This document shows positions 17,479 through 27,504 of a DNA stretch of 64,000 nt, in pieces (the first letter of the stretch is position 1; each line of letters begins with the position of its first letter). Below the pieces are notes generated by a model, which saw only the letters and a program-made list of their open reading frames with translations, was not told the DNA's origin and did not search any database. A program made the translations under genes and the position numbers. The stretch is from an uncultured Chloroflexia bacterium (GTDB lineage Bacteria; Chloroflexota; Anaerolineae; Anaerolineales; E44-bin32), in contig CAWDZQ010000001.1 of the NCBI GenBank assembly GCA_963807065.1, positions 138,303 through 202,302 of the forward strand, in the 5' to 3' direction.

Positions 17479-20268
17479 ATGACATCCCTCGTTTCGCTCG
17501 ATCTGGAAACCACAGGCCTCGATCCTTCCCGGGACGCCATTATGGAAATTGGCGCCGTCCGATTCCAGGGAGATCGGGTCGAAGATGAGTATAAAACCCT
17601 GGTCAACCCGGGACGCCCTGTCCCGCCGTTTGTGACCCAGTTGACCGGGATTAACGACGCCATGTTGGCAGGCGCGCCCCGCCTCAGCCAGGTGCTGGGC
17701 GATCTGCAGGCTTTCGTCGGTGATCTACCGGTGCTCGGCCATAATGTGGGATTTGATCTTGGATTCCTGCAGGCAAAGGGGCTCTTCGCCCATAATTTGC
17801 CCCTGGACACCTACGATCTGGCATCGGTGCTGCTGCCGTCCGCCGCCCGTTATGGTTTGGGCTCGCTGGCTGGGCAATTGGGCGTCCCCGTCGGCACGAC
17901 CCACCGAGCCCTGGACGACGCGCGCACAACCCGCCTGGTGATGCTGCGCCTTCTCGACCGGCTGGCGGAGCTGCCCAATTGGCTCGTGGATGAGATTGCC
18001 CGTTTCGGAGCGGATATCGATTGGGGCGCCGGCTGGTTCTTCGATCACGCCCTGGACAATTCCCTGGGCGAAGGCGGCCCAAGTGAACAGGCAGCTTCGC
18101 AGTTTCCCGGTCTCACGCGTCCCGGCGCCGCAGACGGCAGCCTGAACCCGACCGATGAACCCCAGGCGTTGGACGTGGAGTCCCTGGCGTCGGTGCTCGA
18201 GCCCGGAGGCCCGTTCGCCAGCCACTTTCCCGCCTACGAACACCGCTCGCAGCAGGTCAGCATGCTGCGAGCGGTGGCCACCGCGCTTTCCGAAGGTCGG
18301 CATTTGCTGGTGGAAGCCGGGACCGGGACGGGAAAGTCAATGGCCTACCTTGTTCCCGCCCTGACCTGGGCGGCCGAAAACGGCCGGCGCGTGGTGATTT
18401 CCACCAACACGATCAACCTCCAAGACCAACTCTTGCTCAAGGACGTTCCGGATCTGTCCCAGGTGCTCGACCGACCATTTCGGGCAGTGGCGCTCAAGGG
18501 GCGCGGCAACTATCTCTGCCCGCGCCAGTTGGCCACTCTGCGCCGGCTGGGGCCCCGCTCGGCAGACGAAATGCGTGTATTGGCCAAGATCCTCGTCTGG
18601 CTGGTGTCTGGTGGCACAGGCGATCGCGGCGAGATCAACCTGTTGCGTAGCGCTGAGATGATGGCCTGGAGCCGGATTTCCGCCGAAAGCGACGGATGCA
18701 CCATGGACACCTGCCTCACTGAGATGGGTGGGATTTGTCCCTTCTACAAAGCTCGCCACGCCGCCGAATCGGCTCACGTGATCATTGTCAATCACGCCTT
18801 GCTTCTGGCCGACATCGCCACCGGCAACCGGGTCATCCCGGAGTACGATCGCCTTATCGTCGATGAGGCTCACCACCTGGAGTTTGCTACCACCAACGGG
18901 CTCAGCTTTCGCGTCACCGAGAACGAGGTCCTGCGCTTGCTGCGAGATCTGGGTGGGCAGTCGAGCGGGTTGCTGGGGCAGTTGGCCGAGCTGGCCAAGA
19001 AGCAGCTCACGGCTTCGTCTCGGGCGGACCTGTTGGCCGCCGTCGATCGGGTGTCCGGGCGGGCCGAAGATTGCTCGGCCGGTTTCCAGGCGCTGTTCGC
19101 CGCCTTGCAGGACTTCTTGGCCGTGCGGCGCGATCAGCATCCAATCGGGCCTTACGGCCAGCAGGAACGAATCCTTGGCTCGACCCGGACGTTGGCCGAA
19201 TGGGCCGATCTCGAGATCGCCTGGGATAACCTGCGGCATCCGTTTGCCGACCTGGTGGAGGCGCTGGGTCGGGTCGAAGGGGACATGGTCGATTTGACGG
19301 ATCAGGGTCTCGCCCAGGCTGAGGATCTGGCCCTCGCCACGCGCGCCGTCGCCCGCGGATTGAATGAGGTCTACGAGAACCTGGACCACATGGTGTTCGA
19401 CCCTGATCCGATGATGATCTATTGGGCCGAAGTGCGCGGGTCCCACGCCCGGCCCTCGCTGCATGCCGCGCCGCTCGAAGTCGGTCACCTGGTCGAACGG
19501 TACTTGTGGCACGAGAAAGAAGCCGTCGTCATGACCAGTGCCACCCTGACAGCCGCCGGGGAGTTCGATTACATCCGCCAAAGACTGAGCGCCGCCGACG
19601 CCGACGAGCTGGCTCTGGGCTCGCCCTTCGACTACGAAACTTCGACCTTGCTCTATCTGGTCAATGACATTCCGGAACCCAACGCCGGACCCGCCTACCA
19701 GCACGCCGTTGAACAGGGCCTGATCCAGATCTGCCGCGCCACCCGCGGCCGGACGCTCGCCCTTTTTACGTCGTACTCTCAGCTGCGCAGGACGTCCGAG
19801 GCCATCTCCGGCCCGTTGGCCGCTGCCGGGGTCTCGGTGTATGAGCAAGGAGAGGGCGCTTCACGACACGCCCTGCTCGAGACCTTCCGCACCTCCGACC
19901 AGGCGGTCCTGCTGGGCACCCGGTCGTTCTGGGAGGGGGTCGACGTACCGGGCCAGGCCCTATCGGTGTTGGTCATCGTCCGATTGCCCTTTGATGTACC
20001 CAGCGATCCAATTATCGCCGCCCGATCCGAGACGTATGAGTCGCCCTTCAACCAATACTCGGTTCCGGAGGCCATCCTCCGCTTCCGCCAGGGGTTTGGT
20101 CGTTTGATCCGCACCCGCTCCGACCGCGGTGTGGTGGTCAGCCTCGATCGGCGCTTACTCTCCAAGACTTATGGACGAGCCTTCGTGGACTCCCTTCCCC
20201 GCTGCACCGTGCGGGCCGGAAGTCTGAGCGATGTACCCAAGGCGGCGGTCCGTTGGCTTGGGGATTAG
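17479..20268 (+). CDS. dinG: bifunctional DnaQ-like 3'-5' exonuclease / DinG-family (XPD-like) ATP-dependent DNA helicase
   Basis: N-terminal DEDD motifs (LDLETTGL; HNVGFDLGFL; HRALDDA). Helicase Walker A EAGTGTGKS and DEAH box IVDEAHHL. Four Cys in the Fe-S insert (YLCP...CTMDTC...CPFY). Confidence 0.9.
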   Translation: MTSLVSLDLETTGLDPSRDAIMEIGAVRFQGDRVEDEYKTLVNPGRPVPPFVTQLTGINDAMLAGAPRLSQVLGDLQAFVGDLPVLGHNVGFDLGFLQAKGLFAHNLPLDTYDLASVLLPSAARYGLGSLAGQLGVPVGTTHRALDDARTTRLVMLRLLDRLAELPNWLVDEIARFGADIDWGAGWFFDHALDNSLGEGGPSEQAASQFPGLTRPGAADGSLNPTDEPQALDVESLASVLEPGGPFASHFPAYEHRSQQVSMLRAVATALSEGRHLLVEAGTGTGKSMAYLVPALTWAAENGRRVVISTNTINLQDQLLLKDVPDLSQVLDRPFRAVALKGRGNYLCPRQLATLRRLGPRSADEMRVLAKILVWLVSGGTGDRGEINLLRSAEMMAWSRISAESDGCTMDTCLTEMGGICPFYKARHAAESAHVIIVNHALLLADIATGNRVIPEYDRLIVDEAHHLEFATTNGLSFRVTENEVLRLLRDLGGQSSGLLGQLAELAKKQLTASSRADLLAAVDRVSGRAEDCSAGFQALFAALQDFLAVRRDQHPIGPYGQQERILGSTRTLAEWADLEIAWDNLRHPFADLVEALGRVEGDMVDLTDQGLAQAEDLALATRAVARGLNEVYENLDHMVFDPDPMMIYWAEVRGSHARPSLHAAPLEVGHLVERYLWHEKEAVVMTSATLTAAGEFDYIRQRLSAADADELALGSPFDYETSTLLYLVNDIPEPNAGPAYQHAVEQGLIQICRATRGRTLALFTSYSQLRRTSEAISGPLAAAGVSVYEQGEGASRHALLETFRTSDQAVLLGTRSFWEGVDVPGQALSVLVIVRLPFDVPSDPIIAARSETYESPFNQYSVPEAILRFRQGFGRLIRTRSDRGVVVSLDRRLLSKTYGRAFVDSLPRCTVRAGSLSDVPKAAVRWLGD

Positions 20269-20589
20269 AATCGTTCTGCTTCCAGGCGCAAAGGTCCCAA
20301 ATTGACGGGTGTCATGGAGGGAATCGGGTCATTTGACCCTACACGTTTAGGTAGCCTGATCTTACAGTTGTTTCAACCCTTGGCCGGGCCGAGGCCGGGA
20401 TTGCCAGCCATCAAGTACTGCCCGAGGCAGCGAGGCGCCCGTCAGACACCGGTTCGCGCGAGCATGAGATCACACGAGGCCCCCGTCCCGCGCCCCCACG
20501 TCATGCAGGATTGCCACTTCTTACTCGGCCGGCCGTTCATTCGTCGGCATCCAGAATCGGATGCCACGCACCTTGGGAGGTGAACAGTG

Positions 20590-21003
20590 ATGAAAAGGTC
20601 CAGGTGGGTTGTTCTACTTAGCCTCTTGGCGGGGATGGTCTTGAGCGCGTGCGGCGGGTCTTCAGGGCCCAAGACTGTCAATATCACGGCAACAGACTTC
20701 AAGTACGAAGTCTCCCAGACCACGTTCAAGGTCGGCGTCCCTTACCACCTCGTCATCAAAAACGAGGGCAGCGTCCCCCACGAACTCATGATAATGAAGC
20801 CGATAGATGAAGCGGGCATGGACATGGAGGAAATGGACAAGATGGCCTTGGCCAGTGTTGAGTCAGATGAACTCCAACCTGGCCAAACGGCGACCCTTGA
20901 CTACACTTTCATGGCGCCGGCCGCGATGGGCGAACTTGAATTCGCCTGTCACATCAAGGGCCACTACGACCAGGGGATGCATATTCCGATTGAGGTTCAA
21001 TAG
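20590..21003 (+). CDS. cupredoxin-fold copper-binding lipoprotein (paralog 1)
   Basis: Lipobox LSAC. Type-1 Cu ligand pattern H(ELMI)...C-X4-H-X4-M (ACHIKGHYDQGM). GGGAGG SD. ATG 20590 is preferred over GTG 20587. Confidence 0.8.
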   Translation: MKRSRWVVLLSLLAGMVLSACGGSSGPKTVNITATDFKYEVSQTTFKVGVPYHLVIKNEGSVPHELMIMKPIDEAGMDMEEMDKMALASVESDELQPGQTATLDYTFMAPAAMGELEFACHIKGHYDQGMHIPIEVQ

Positions 21004-21137
21004 GGGCAAGTGCTAAAGTCAGTGAACGTGCCTGCCGGGCGAATGTATCTGGCGGAGCGTTCGGGACAGGTTGATCTCGGCCACGCCCAATATTGCGGGC
21101 AAATTCGTACCACACATTTCTCTGTTGGAGGTTGGTA

Positions 21138-21554
21138 ATGTACAAGCGTATTCCTCTCGTGTTGTTTGGCATGCTGATCGCTGGTTTAGTTTTGGCCGCC
21201 TGCGGCGGCAGTTCCACCGGCCCGGTAACAATTGATGTGACGGCCTCCGAATATCAATTCCAATCTTCGATGACAAGTTTTAAGGTGGGGGTCCCCTACC
21301 ATTTTGTCGTCACCAACAAAGGTCAGATGGAGCACGAGTTCATGATTATCAAGCCGGAGCCGTCTTCGGTCGGTTCTGATCAACTGGACTCCGACGCGCT
21401 GGCTCATATTGAAGAGGCCGACCTTCAGCCCGGCCAGACGGCGACCGTGGACTACACTTTTCTCCAGGCTTATCCCGAAGGAAGTTTGGAGTTTGCGTGC
21501 CATTTGCCGGATCACTATGAGAAGGGAATGCACACTTCGATCGTAGTCAAATGA
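21138..21554 (+). CDS. cupredoxin-fold copper-binding lipoprotein (paralog 2)
   Basis: Lipobox LAAC. ACHLPDHYEKGM. GGAGG SD 6 nt before ATG 21138. Collinear similarity to 20590..21003 (FKVGVPYH, LQPGQTAT(L/V)DYTF, LEFACH). Confidence 0.8.
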   Translation: MYKRIPLVLFGMLIAGLVLAACGGSSTGPVTIDVTASEYQFQSSMTSFKVGVPYHFVVTNKGQMEHEFMIIKPEPSSVGSDQLDSDALAHIEEADLQPGQTATVDYTFLQAYPEGSLEFACHLPDHYEKGMHTSIVVK

Positions 21555-21577
21555 CGGTGAGTTCGAGCTGAGCCATC

Positions 21578-21614
21578 GAAGGGGCCGTGGGTGCCGATCG
21601 CCCACGGCCCCTTC
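21578..21614 (+). terminator. strong hairpin after the cupredoxin pair
   Basis: GAAGGGGCCGTGGG-9 nt-CCCACGGCCCCTTC gives a 14-bp perfect stem. There is no clear T tract. Confidence 0.5.
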
Positions 21615-21698
21615 TCCAAATGACAGACGTTGACGCTGCCGAGAGCGGACCTTTATAATGCTCCCATTGTGTCCATGTCATCCTAAGGACGAGCCCCC

Positions 21699-22256
21699 TT
21701 GATAGACGTCAACGATCTCCGTAGCGGTGTGACCTTCGAACTGGATGGGGACCTCTACAAAGTCATCGAATACTCTCACAACAAACCCGGGCGCGGCAAG
21801 GCGACCATCAGGACCAAGGTGCGCAATCTGCGCACGGGGACCGTGCTCGAAAAGACCTTCAATTCTGGTGATCGGGTGCAGGACGTGCGGCTGGACTATC
21901 GAGTGGCCCAATTCCTATACCACGACGGAGACCTGTACTATTTCATGGACACTGACACCTACGAGCAGCCTGTGCTCAACGGTTCGACCCTGGGTGAGGC
22001 CGTCGAATATTTGAAGGAGAACCTGGAGGTGAAGCTGACCTTCTACGGTCCGGAGCCCCTCGACATCGAACTCCCCACCGCGGTGGACCTGGACGTCGTC
22101 GAAGCCGAACACGCTGTTAAAGGAGATACGGCCACTGGGGCGACCAAGACGATTAAGACCGAAACGGGCCTGAAGGTCCAGGTTCCCCTGTTCGTCGAAA
22201 CCGGCGATCGAATTCGCGTGGATACGCGCACCGGCCAATACATCACGCGGGCTTGA
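21699..22256 (+). CDS. efp: translation elongation factor P
   Basis: 185 aa. DLRSGVTFELDGDLYKVIEYSHNKPGRGKATIRTKVRNLRTG carries the conserved KPGRG loop. TTG start. Confidence 0.97.
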   Translation: MIDVNDLRSGVTFELDGDLYKVIEYSHNKPGRGKATIRTKVRNLRTGTVLEKTFNSGDRVQDVRLDYRVAQFLYHDGDLYYFMDTDTYEQPVLNGSTLGEAVEYLKENLEVKLTFYGPEPLDIELPTAVDLDVVEAEHAVKGDTATGATKTIKTETGLKVQVPLFVETGDRIRVDTRTGQYITRA

Positions 22257-22263
22257 CCCGGCC

Positions 22264-22605
22264 ATGAGAACCCCTGCTGGCAGTGAATGCCCCTTCTACT
22301 ATGAGGACTTCTATCGCGGTCGAGATCAGCAAGAATGCCGCCTGATTGACCGCACTCCCAACGGGGGAACTTGGGAGCCCAAGCTCTGCGCCTCCTGCCC
22401 CGTCCCCAGGATCACCATGGCCAATGCCTGCCCCCACCTAGTGCTTGAGGCCAGGGTCGATTCCGGGTTCCTCGGACTTGGCAAACATGTCAACGTTACA
22501 GCCATGTGCACCCAGACGCTCTCCGAGGTCAAGGAACCGCAGATCGGTTGCGGACAGTGCCACCTGCATCTTCCTCCGCTCGAGACGTCCACAGAGGAGC
22601 TATGA
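22264..22605 (+). CDS. cysteine-rich hypothetical protein (8 Cys)
   Basis: 113-aa ORF starting 8 nt after efp, with a stop that overlaps the next start (ATGA). Cys spacing includes CASC and CGQC pairs. No family recognised. Confidence 0.55.
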   Translation: MRTPAGSECPFYYEDFYRGRDQQECRLIDRTPNGGTWEPKLCASCPVPRITMANACPHLVLEARVDSGFLGLGKHVNVTAMCTQTLSEVKEPQIGCGQCHLHLPPLETSTEEL

Positions 22606-23789
22606 TCAAGACCCTGCTCATCGATCTGGACGACACGCTGCTCGACACCAACATGGGCGAGTTTCTCCCGGCCTATTTCGACCGGTTGGCGAACCACTTG
22701 TCCGATCTCGCCCCGCGGGACCGCCTGATCGCCTGTCTGCTCGAGGCCGTCCAGGCCATGAATGACAACCTCGACCCCACGCGGACCCTCAAGTCCGTTT
22801 TCGATGAGCGCTTCTACCCGGCTCTTGGCGTTACCGAGTTGGATCTGCAAGCCCGTGTAGCCAGCTTCTACACGGATGAGTTCCCGGCGCTTCGACGGCT
22901 GACGCGTGTGCGGGATGAAGCACCCGAATTCATCAGCCAGACGCGTCAGGCCGACTTCGAGTTAGTCCTGGCCACCAACCCTCTCTTCCCGCGCTCGGCC
23001 ATCACCCAGCGCCTGGCCTGGTCCGGCGTGCCCGCCGAATCAAGCGATTTCTCCCTGATCACTTCCTATGAGACGGCCCATTACACGAAGCCTAATCCCG
23101 AGTACTACGCCGAAATCTTGGGCAAGCTTGGCCGCCCGTGCTCCGAGGCGGCGATGATCGGCGACAATCAAGAGGCCGACCTGGCGCCGGCCGTGCTGTT
23201 GGGCATGCATGCGTTCCATGTGACCCACACACCCAACGGCAGCTTTCCCGGGGGCTCGCTGTCGGAGGCCACGATCTGGCTCCAGGCGGACGAGGCGGCT
23301 CGCCCCTTAGACGAGGGAAGCCCTGCCACCCCACCGCAGGTGCTTGCTCGCCTGCGTGGTTACCTGGCTGCGCTGCTTGGTTTGACGGATGGCGTCCTTG
23401 CCGGTCGTTGGCAGAAGAGGCCTTCAACTTCCGAATGGTCACCGGTCGAGATTGTCTGTCACTTGCGCGACGTCGAGCTGGAAGTGAACCATGTCCGCGT
23501 GGAGCAGATCCTGAACCAGCCCGGCGCCTTCATTTCGGCTGCGGATCCCGATCAATGGGCCGAGCCGCGCCGCTACTTGGATCAGGATCCACATGAAGCC
23601 CTGGCGCGGTTTACAGATGCCCGGATTGAGACCATTGCCCGGCTTGCCTCGCTGGACCACCAAGCGTGGCGCCTCCCGGCCCGTCATGCGTTGTTTGGCC
23701 CCACCACGTTGATCGAGCTCGTCAGCCTCGCTGTCGACCACGATCTGGTCCACCTCGGCCAACTCCGCCACGCCCTGGCCGCCGCATAG
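22602..23789 (+). CDS. HAD-superfamily hydrolase fused to a DinB-like four-helix-bundle domain
   Basis: HAD motif I LLIDLDDTLLDT and motif IV IGDNQEADL. The C-terminus has DinB-type His positions (VCHLRD ... DHDLVHLGQL). The start is set at MIKTLL (ATG 22602). Confidence 0.8.
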   Translation: MIKTLLIDLDDTLLDTNMGEFLPAYFDRLANHLSDLAPRDRLIACLLEAVQAMNDNLDPTRTLKSVFDERFYPALGVTELDLQARVASFYTDEFPALRRLTRVRDEAPEFISQTRQADFELVLATNPLFPRSAITQRLAWSGVPAESSDFSLITSYETAHYTKPNPEYYAEILGKLGRPCSEAAMIGDNQEADLAPAVLLGMHAFHVTHTPNGSFPGGSLSEATIWLQADEAARPLDEGSPATPPQVLARLRGYLAALLGLTDGVLAGRWQKRPSTSEWSPVEIVCHLRDVELEVNHVRVEQILNQPGAFISAADPDQWAEPRRYLDQDPHEALARFTDARIETIARLASLDHQAWRLPARHALFGPTTLIELVSLAVDHDLVHLGQLRHALAAA

Positions 23790-23837
23790 GTGGCCGCCTT
23801 TACAGCCCCTATAGCGCCAGATATAATCCCGAGACAT

Positions 23838-23919
23838 GGGGAAGTGCTGGAACTGGCAGACAGGCGTGACTTAGGATCACGTGCCGCAAGGCGTGAGGGT
23901 TCAATTCCCTCCTTCCCCA
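23838..23919 (+). tRNA. tRNA-Leu, anticodon UAG (class II with long variable arm)
   Basis: Folded by hand. Acceptor GGGGAAG/CTTCCCC, 3-bp D stem CTG/CAG with an 11-nt loop, and anticodon stem CGTGA/TCACG with loop CT-TAG-GA. Variable arm TGCCGCAAGGCGT, T arm GAGGG-TTCAATT-CCCTC, discriminator A. CCA is not encoded. Confidence 0.9.
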
Positions 23920-24018
23920 CCTGACCTCGAGGGTCAACCTGTCCCAAACCAGGCATTCGAAAATCGACCATCGACTCGGCGCTGAGCGATGCGCAAAAAG
24001 ACGTGAGGTTCAAGCATT

Positions 24019-25515
24019 TTGAAAGTCGAAACCAAGGATCTCGAAGACAGACAAGTCGAAATCACGGTCGAAGTCCCGACTGAACAGCTCCAAAAGGCGA
24101 TGCAGGCTGCCGCTCGCAAGCTGAGCCGCCGGATCAAGATCCCCGGTTTCCGGCCCGGCAAGGCGCCCTACCCGGTGGTGTTGAATAAGGTCGGCGAAGA
24201 GCAGGTGTTCGAGGAGGCCCTAGACTCACTGGGTCAGGAGATCTATCAGTCGGCACTTGACGACGCGGACATCGAGCCATACGCTCCCGGAGCGCTGGAA
24301 GAGGTCGTCAGCCGCGAGCCGCTCGTCCTGCGCTACAGCGTTCCGCTGGCTCCCGAAATCGACCTCGGGGCATACCGCGAGATGCGCCTGGATTACGAGG
24401 CCCCCGAGGTCAGCGACCAGTCGGTGGAAGACGTCATGGAGGACCTTCGCCAAGGCCAGGCTTTGATCGAACCGGTCGACAGGGCGGCCGAAATGAACGA
24501 CGTCGTGGTGCTTGACGTTGAAGGCGAGCTGAAGGACGAAGCGGCCAGTGATGAGGACCGACTGTTGAACGAGAAGAACGTGTCGGTGCTTGTCGAAGAA
24601 GAAACCGACTGGCCCGTTCCTGGCGTCGCCCAGCATCTTGTGGGCATGTCGGCCGGGGATGAAAAGTCGTTCGATCACACTTTTGCGGATGATTACGCCA
24701 ACGAGGACCTGCGCGGCAAATCGGCCACGTTCCACATCACCTGTCTGGACGTCAAGTCAAGGCTTGTGCCTGAGTGGTCGGACGATCTTGCCAAGACACT
24801 GGGCGAGTTTGAGAGTCTGCTTGAGCTGCGGGTGAAGGTTCGTGAGCAGCTCAAGACGCAGCTCGATCAGCAGACGGAATCCGATTACGCTCAGAGCGTG
24901 ATTGAGGAAGCCGTTGAGGGCGCTCAGGTGACTTTCCCGTCCATTTTGCTGGATCGCGAAATCGATGACTTGCTCCACGATCTGGGCCATCAGCTTGAGC
25001 GCCAAAAACTCACTCTGGATGACTATTTGAAAATCGAGGCCAAGGGCCTTCCCGAGCTGCGCGAAGAGCTCAAGCCCCGAGCCGAGACCCGCCTCAAGCG
25101 CGGCTTGGTCCTGGGCAAAGTCGTCGACGTGGAAGAACTGGAAGTGGGCGAGAACGAAATTGACGCCGCCCTGGATAACATCGTGGCGCCGCTCGAAGGT
25201 CGCTCGCAGGAGTTGCGGAAGCGCCTGGACACACCCGCCGGCCGGCGGAGTGTGGCCTTGGACCTGCTTACCGACAAAGCCGTCGAGCGGTTGGTAGCCA
25301 TCGCCAAGGGCGAAGCGCCCGAGCTGGGTGTCGGCAATGATGACGGCCAGGCCGCAGCATCGGATTCAGTCGAACATGAAAACCAAACAGCCCCCAACCC
25401 TCAGGATCAGAACCCCGACGCGGCGACCGGCGGCGAAGAAGCCGAATCTCAGCTGGAAGCCAAACCGGAGTCCTCTTCCGACGCCACCGAAGAACCCGCA
25501 CCTAGCGAGGAGTAG
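24019..25515 (+). CDS. tig: trigger factor (ribosome-associated chaperone / PPIase) with an acidic ~60-aa C-terminal tail
   Basis: N-terminal ribosome-binding motif IPGFRPGKAP. Located upstream of clpP-clpX, the classic tig-clpP-clpX order. TTG start. Confidence 0.95.
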   Translation: MKVETKDLEDRQVEITVEVPTEQLQKAMQAAARKLSRRIKIPGFRPGKAPYPVVLNKVGEEQVFEEALDSLGQEIYQSALDDADIEPYAPGALEEVVSREPLVLRYSVPLAPEIDLGAYREMRLDYEAPEVSDQSVEDVMEDLRQGQALIEPVDRAAEMNDVVVLDVEGELKDEAASDEDRLLNEKNVSVLVEEETDWPVPGVAQHLVGMSAGDEKSFDHTFADDYANEDLRGKSATFHITCLDVKSRLVPEWSDDLAKTLGEFESLLELRVKVREQLKTQLDQQTESDYAQSVIEEAVEGAQVTFPSILLDREIDDLLHDLGHQLERQKLTLDDYLKIEAKGLPELREELKPRAETRLKRGLVLGKVVDVEELEVGENEIDAALDNIVAPLEGRSQELRKRLDTPAGRRSVALDLLTDKAVERLVAIAKGEAPELGVGNDDGQAAASDSVEHENQTAPNPQDQNPDAATGGEEAESQLEAKPESSSDATEEPAPSEE

Positions 25516-25524
25516 ATCAGAATC

Positions 25525-26166
25525 ATGACCAGCTTTGACCCCATGTCGGTCATCCCGATGGTGATCGAGAACACCGGACGAGGCGAGCGAGCCTACGACA
25601 TCTATTCGCTCCTCTTGCGGAACCGGATCGTTTTTCTGGGTACCCCGATCAACGACCAGGTCTCCAATTTGATTGTCGCCCAGCTGCTCTATCTCGATCA
25701 GGAAAGCCCAGAAGAGCAAATCAACATGTACATCAATTGCCCGGGGGGGCAGATTTACGCCGGCTTGGCGATCTATGACACCATGCAGCAGGTCAGTGCC
25801 CCGATGTCCACCGTGGCCGTTGGCATGACGGCTTCCTTCGGGACTATCCTTCTGACCGCCGGAACCAAGGGTATGCGCTACGCCCTGCCCAACGCCACGA
25901 TACACATCCATCAGCCGCTGGGGGGCGCGCAGGGCCAGGCTACGGACATTGAAATTCAGGCCAAAGAGATCCTGCGGCTTCGTGAAAAAATCAATGCTAT
26001 ACTGGTTCAGCATACGGGCCAGACCCACGAAGTCATCGAACGCGATACCGAGCGTGACTTCTACATGGATGGCGATGGCGCCAAAGGCTATGGCCTAGTG
26101 GACCATGTCTTGCAACCCGGAAGTCACGTAGCCGAGTTGGGCAAGAAGGAGAAAGCGAGCACCTAG
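25525..26166 (+). CDS. clpP: ATP-dependent Clp protease proteolytic subunit
   Basis: [11 protein letters not shown]-type N-terminus, catalytic Ser context GMTASFG and HIHQPLGG. Confidence 0.97.
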   Translation: MTSFDPMSVIPMVIENTGRGERAYDIYSLLLRNRIVFLGTPINDQVSNLIVAQLLYLDQESPEEQINMYINCPGGQIYAGLAIYDTMQQVSAPMSTVAVGMTASFGTILLTAGTKGMRYALPNATIHIHQPLGGAQGQATDIEIQAKEILRLREKINAILVQHTGQTHEVIERDTERDFYMDGDGAKGYGLVDHVLQPGSHVAELGKKEKAST

Positions 26167-26169
26167 ACC

Positions 26170-27477
26170 GTGACCATTGACGAGCTGACGCCCGAGCAAA
26201 TCAGGCGCTGCTCCTTCTGTAATCGCCAAGAAGCGGAAGTCCAAAGGCTGATCTCTGGGCCGGACGACGTCCATATCTGCAACGAGTGTGTTGAGCTTTG
26301 CCGTGATATTTTGATCGGCGAAGACGAAAGGGCGGCCCGCGCCGGCTTGACGGCGACCGGCCGCCCCTCGCTTTCCCCAAAACAAATCTTTGCCAAGCTC
26401 GAAGAGTACGTCATCGGCCAGGAACACGCCAAACGTGTGCTCTCAGTGGCGGTGTACAACCATTACAAACGCATCGCCAGCCGCGGTGATCGCCGGGTGG
26501 AGCTTGAGAAGAGCAACATCCTGCTGATTGGCCCGACCGGCTGCGGCAAGACGCTCCTGGCTCAGACTTTAGCTCGAACCCTCGACGTTCCGTTCTGTAT
26601 AGCCGACGCCACGGCGCTGACCGAAGCCGGCTACGTGGGCGAGGACGTCGAGAACATCTTGCTCCGGCTGCTTCAGGCTGCCGACTTTAATCTCCAACGA
26701 GCCGAGAAGGGCATTGTCTACATCGACGAGCTCGACAAGACCGCCCGGAAGACCGGCGACAACCCGAGCATCACGCGCGATGTTTCGGGCGAAGGTGTCC
26801 AGCAGGCGCTGCTCAAGATTATCGAAGGCGCGACGGTCAACGTCCCCCCTCAAGGTGGCCGCAAGCATCCTCAGCAGGAGTTCATTCAGCTCGATACGCG
26901 AGATGTGCTCTTTATTTGCGGCGGGACCTACGACGGCCTCTCGGAGATCATTGCGCAGCGCGTCGGCCGCCGCGGCCGGCTCGGCTTCCCGGGGGCACGC
27001 CCGGCGATCGGCAACGGTGAAAACGAGATGACTGCCCTGCTCCGGCTGATGATCCCCGATGACCTCATGCGGTTCGGCATGATTCCCGAGTTGGTTGGGC
27101 GCATGCCTGTGGCGGCTGTGGTCGACCCCCTGGGCGTCGACGACCTGCGCTCCATTCTCACCGTCCCGAAGAACGCGCTGGTCCGGCAGTATCAACGACT
27201 TTTCGAGATTGATGATGTTGAACTGGACTTCACGCCGGAAGCATTGGAGGCGGCTGCCCAATTGGCCATCAAACGCGAGACCGGCGCACGCGGCCTCCGG
27301 GCGATCATCGAAGATGCCCTGCTCGACATCATGTACGAGATCCCCTCTCATCCGGAAATTGCTCAGGTGACGCTCGACGCAGAGTCCATCACCGGCAAAG
27401 CTCCGCCTCGCATCTCGAACCGTGACGGGCAGGATCTGGCTCTCGAACAAGATCAGCCTCTGCCAGACGCAGCCTGA
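26170..27477 (+). CDS. clpX: ATP-dependent Clp protease ATP-binding subunit ClpX
   Basis: Zinc-binding CSFC...CNEC, Walker A GPTGCGKT and Walker B YIDELDK. GTG start. Confidence 0.97.
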   Translation: MTIDELTPEQIRRCSFCNRQEAEVQRLISGPDDVHICNECVELCRDILIGEDERAARAGLTATGRPSLSPKQIFAKLEEYVIGQEHAKRVLSVAVYNHYKRIASRGDRRVELEKSNILLIGPTGCGKTLLAQTLARTLDVPFCIADATALTEAGYVGEDVENILLRLLQAADFNLQRAEKGIVYIDELDKTARKTGDNPSITRDVSGEGVQQALLKIIEGATVNVPPQGGRKHPQQEFIQLDTRDVLFICGGTYDGLSEIIAQRVGRRGRLGFPGARPAIGNGENEMTALLRLMIPDDLMRFGMIPELVGRMPVAAVVDPLGVDDLRSILTVPKNALVRQYQRLFEIDDVELDFTPEALEAAAQLAIKRETGARGLRAIIEDALLDIMYEIPSHPEIAQVTLDAESITGKAPPRISNRDGQDLALEQDQPLPDAA

Positions 27478-27504
27478 CTTTCGTTCAACGCAGGAGACAA
27501 CCTG

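Noticed and set aside
18337-19848. 503-aa minus-strand ORF
   Set aside because: It is antisense to the conserved dinG helicase core. The composition is biased (R/G/P/Q), with no motifs, SD or plausible neighbours.
20302-20583. 93-aa ORF filling the long intergenic region upstream of the cupredoxin genes
   Set aside because: There is no SD, the product is P/R/G-rich, and the frame is typical of random open frames at this GC content. I treated the region as an untranslated leader or regulatory region instead.
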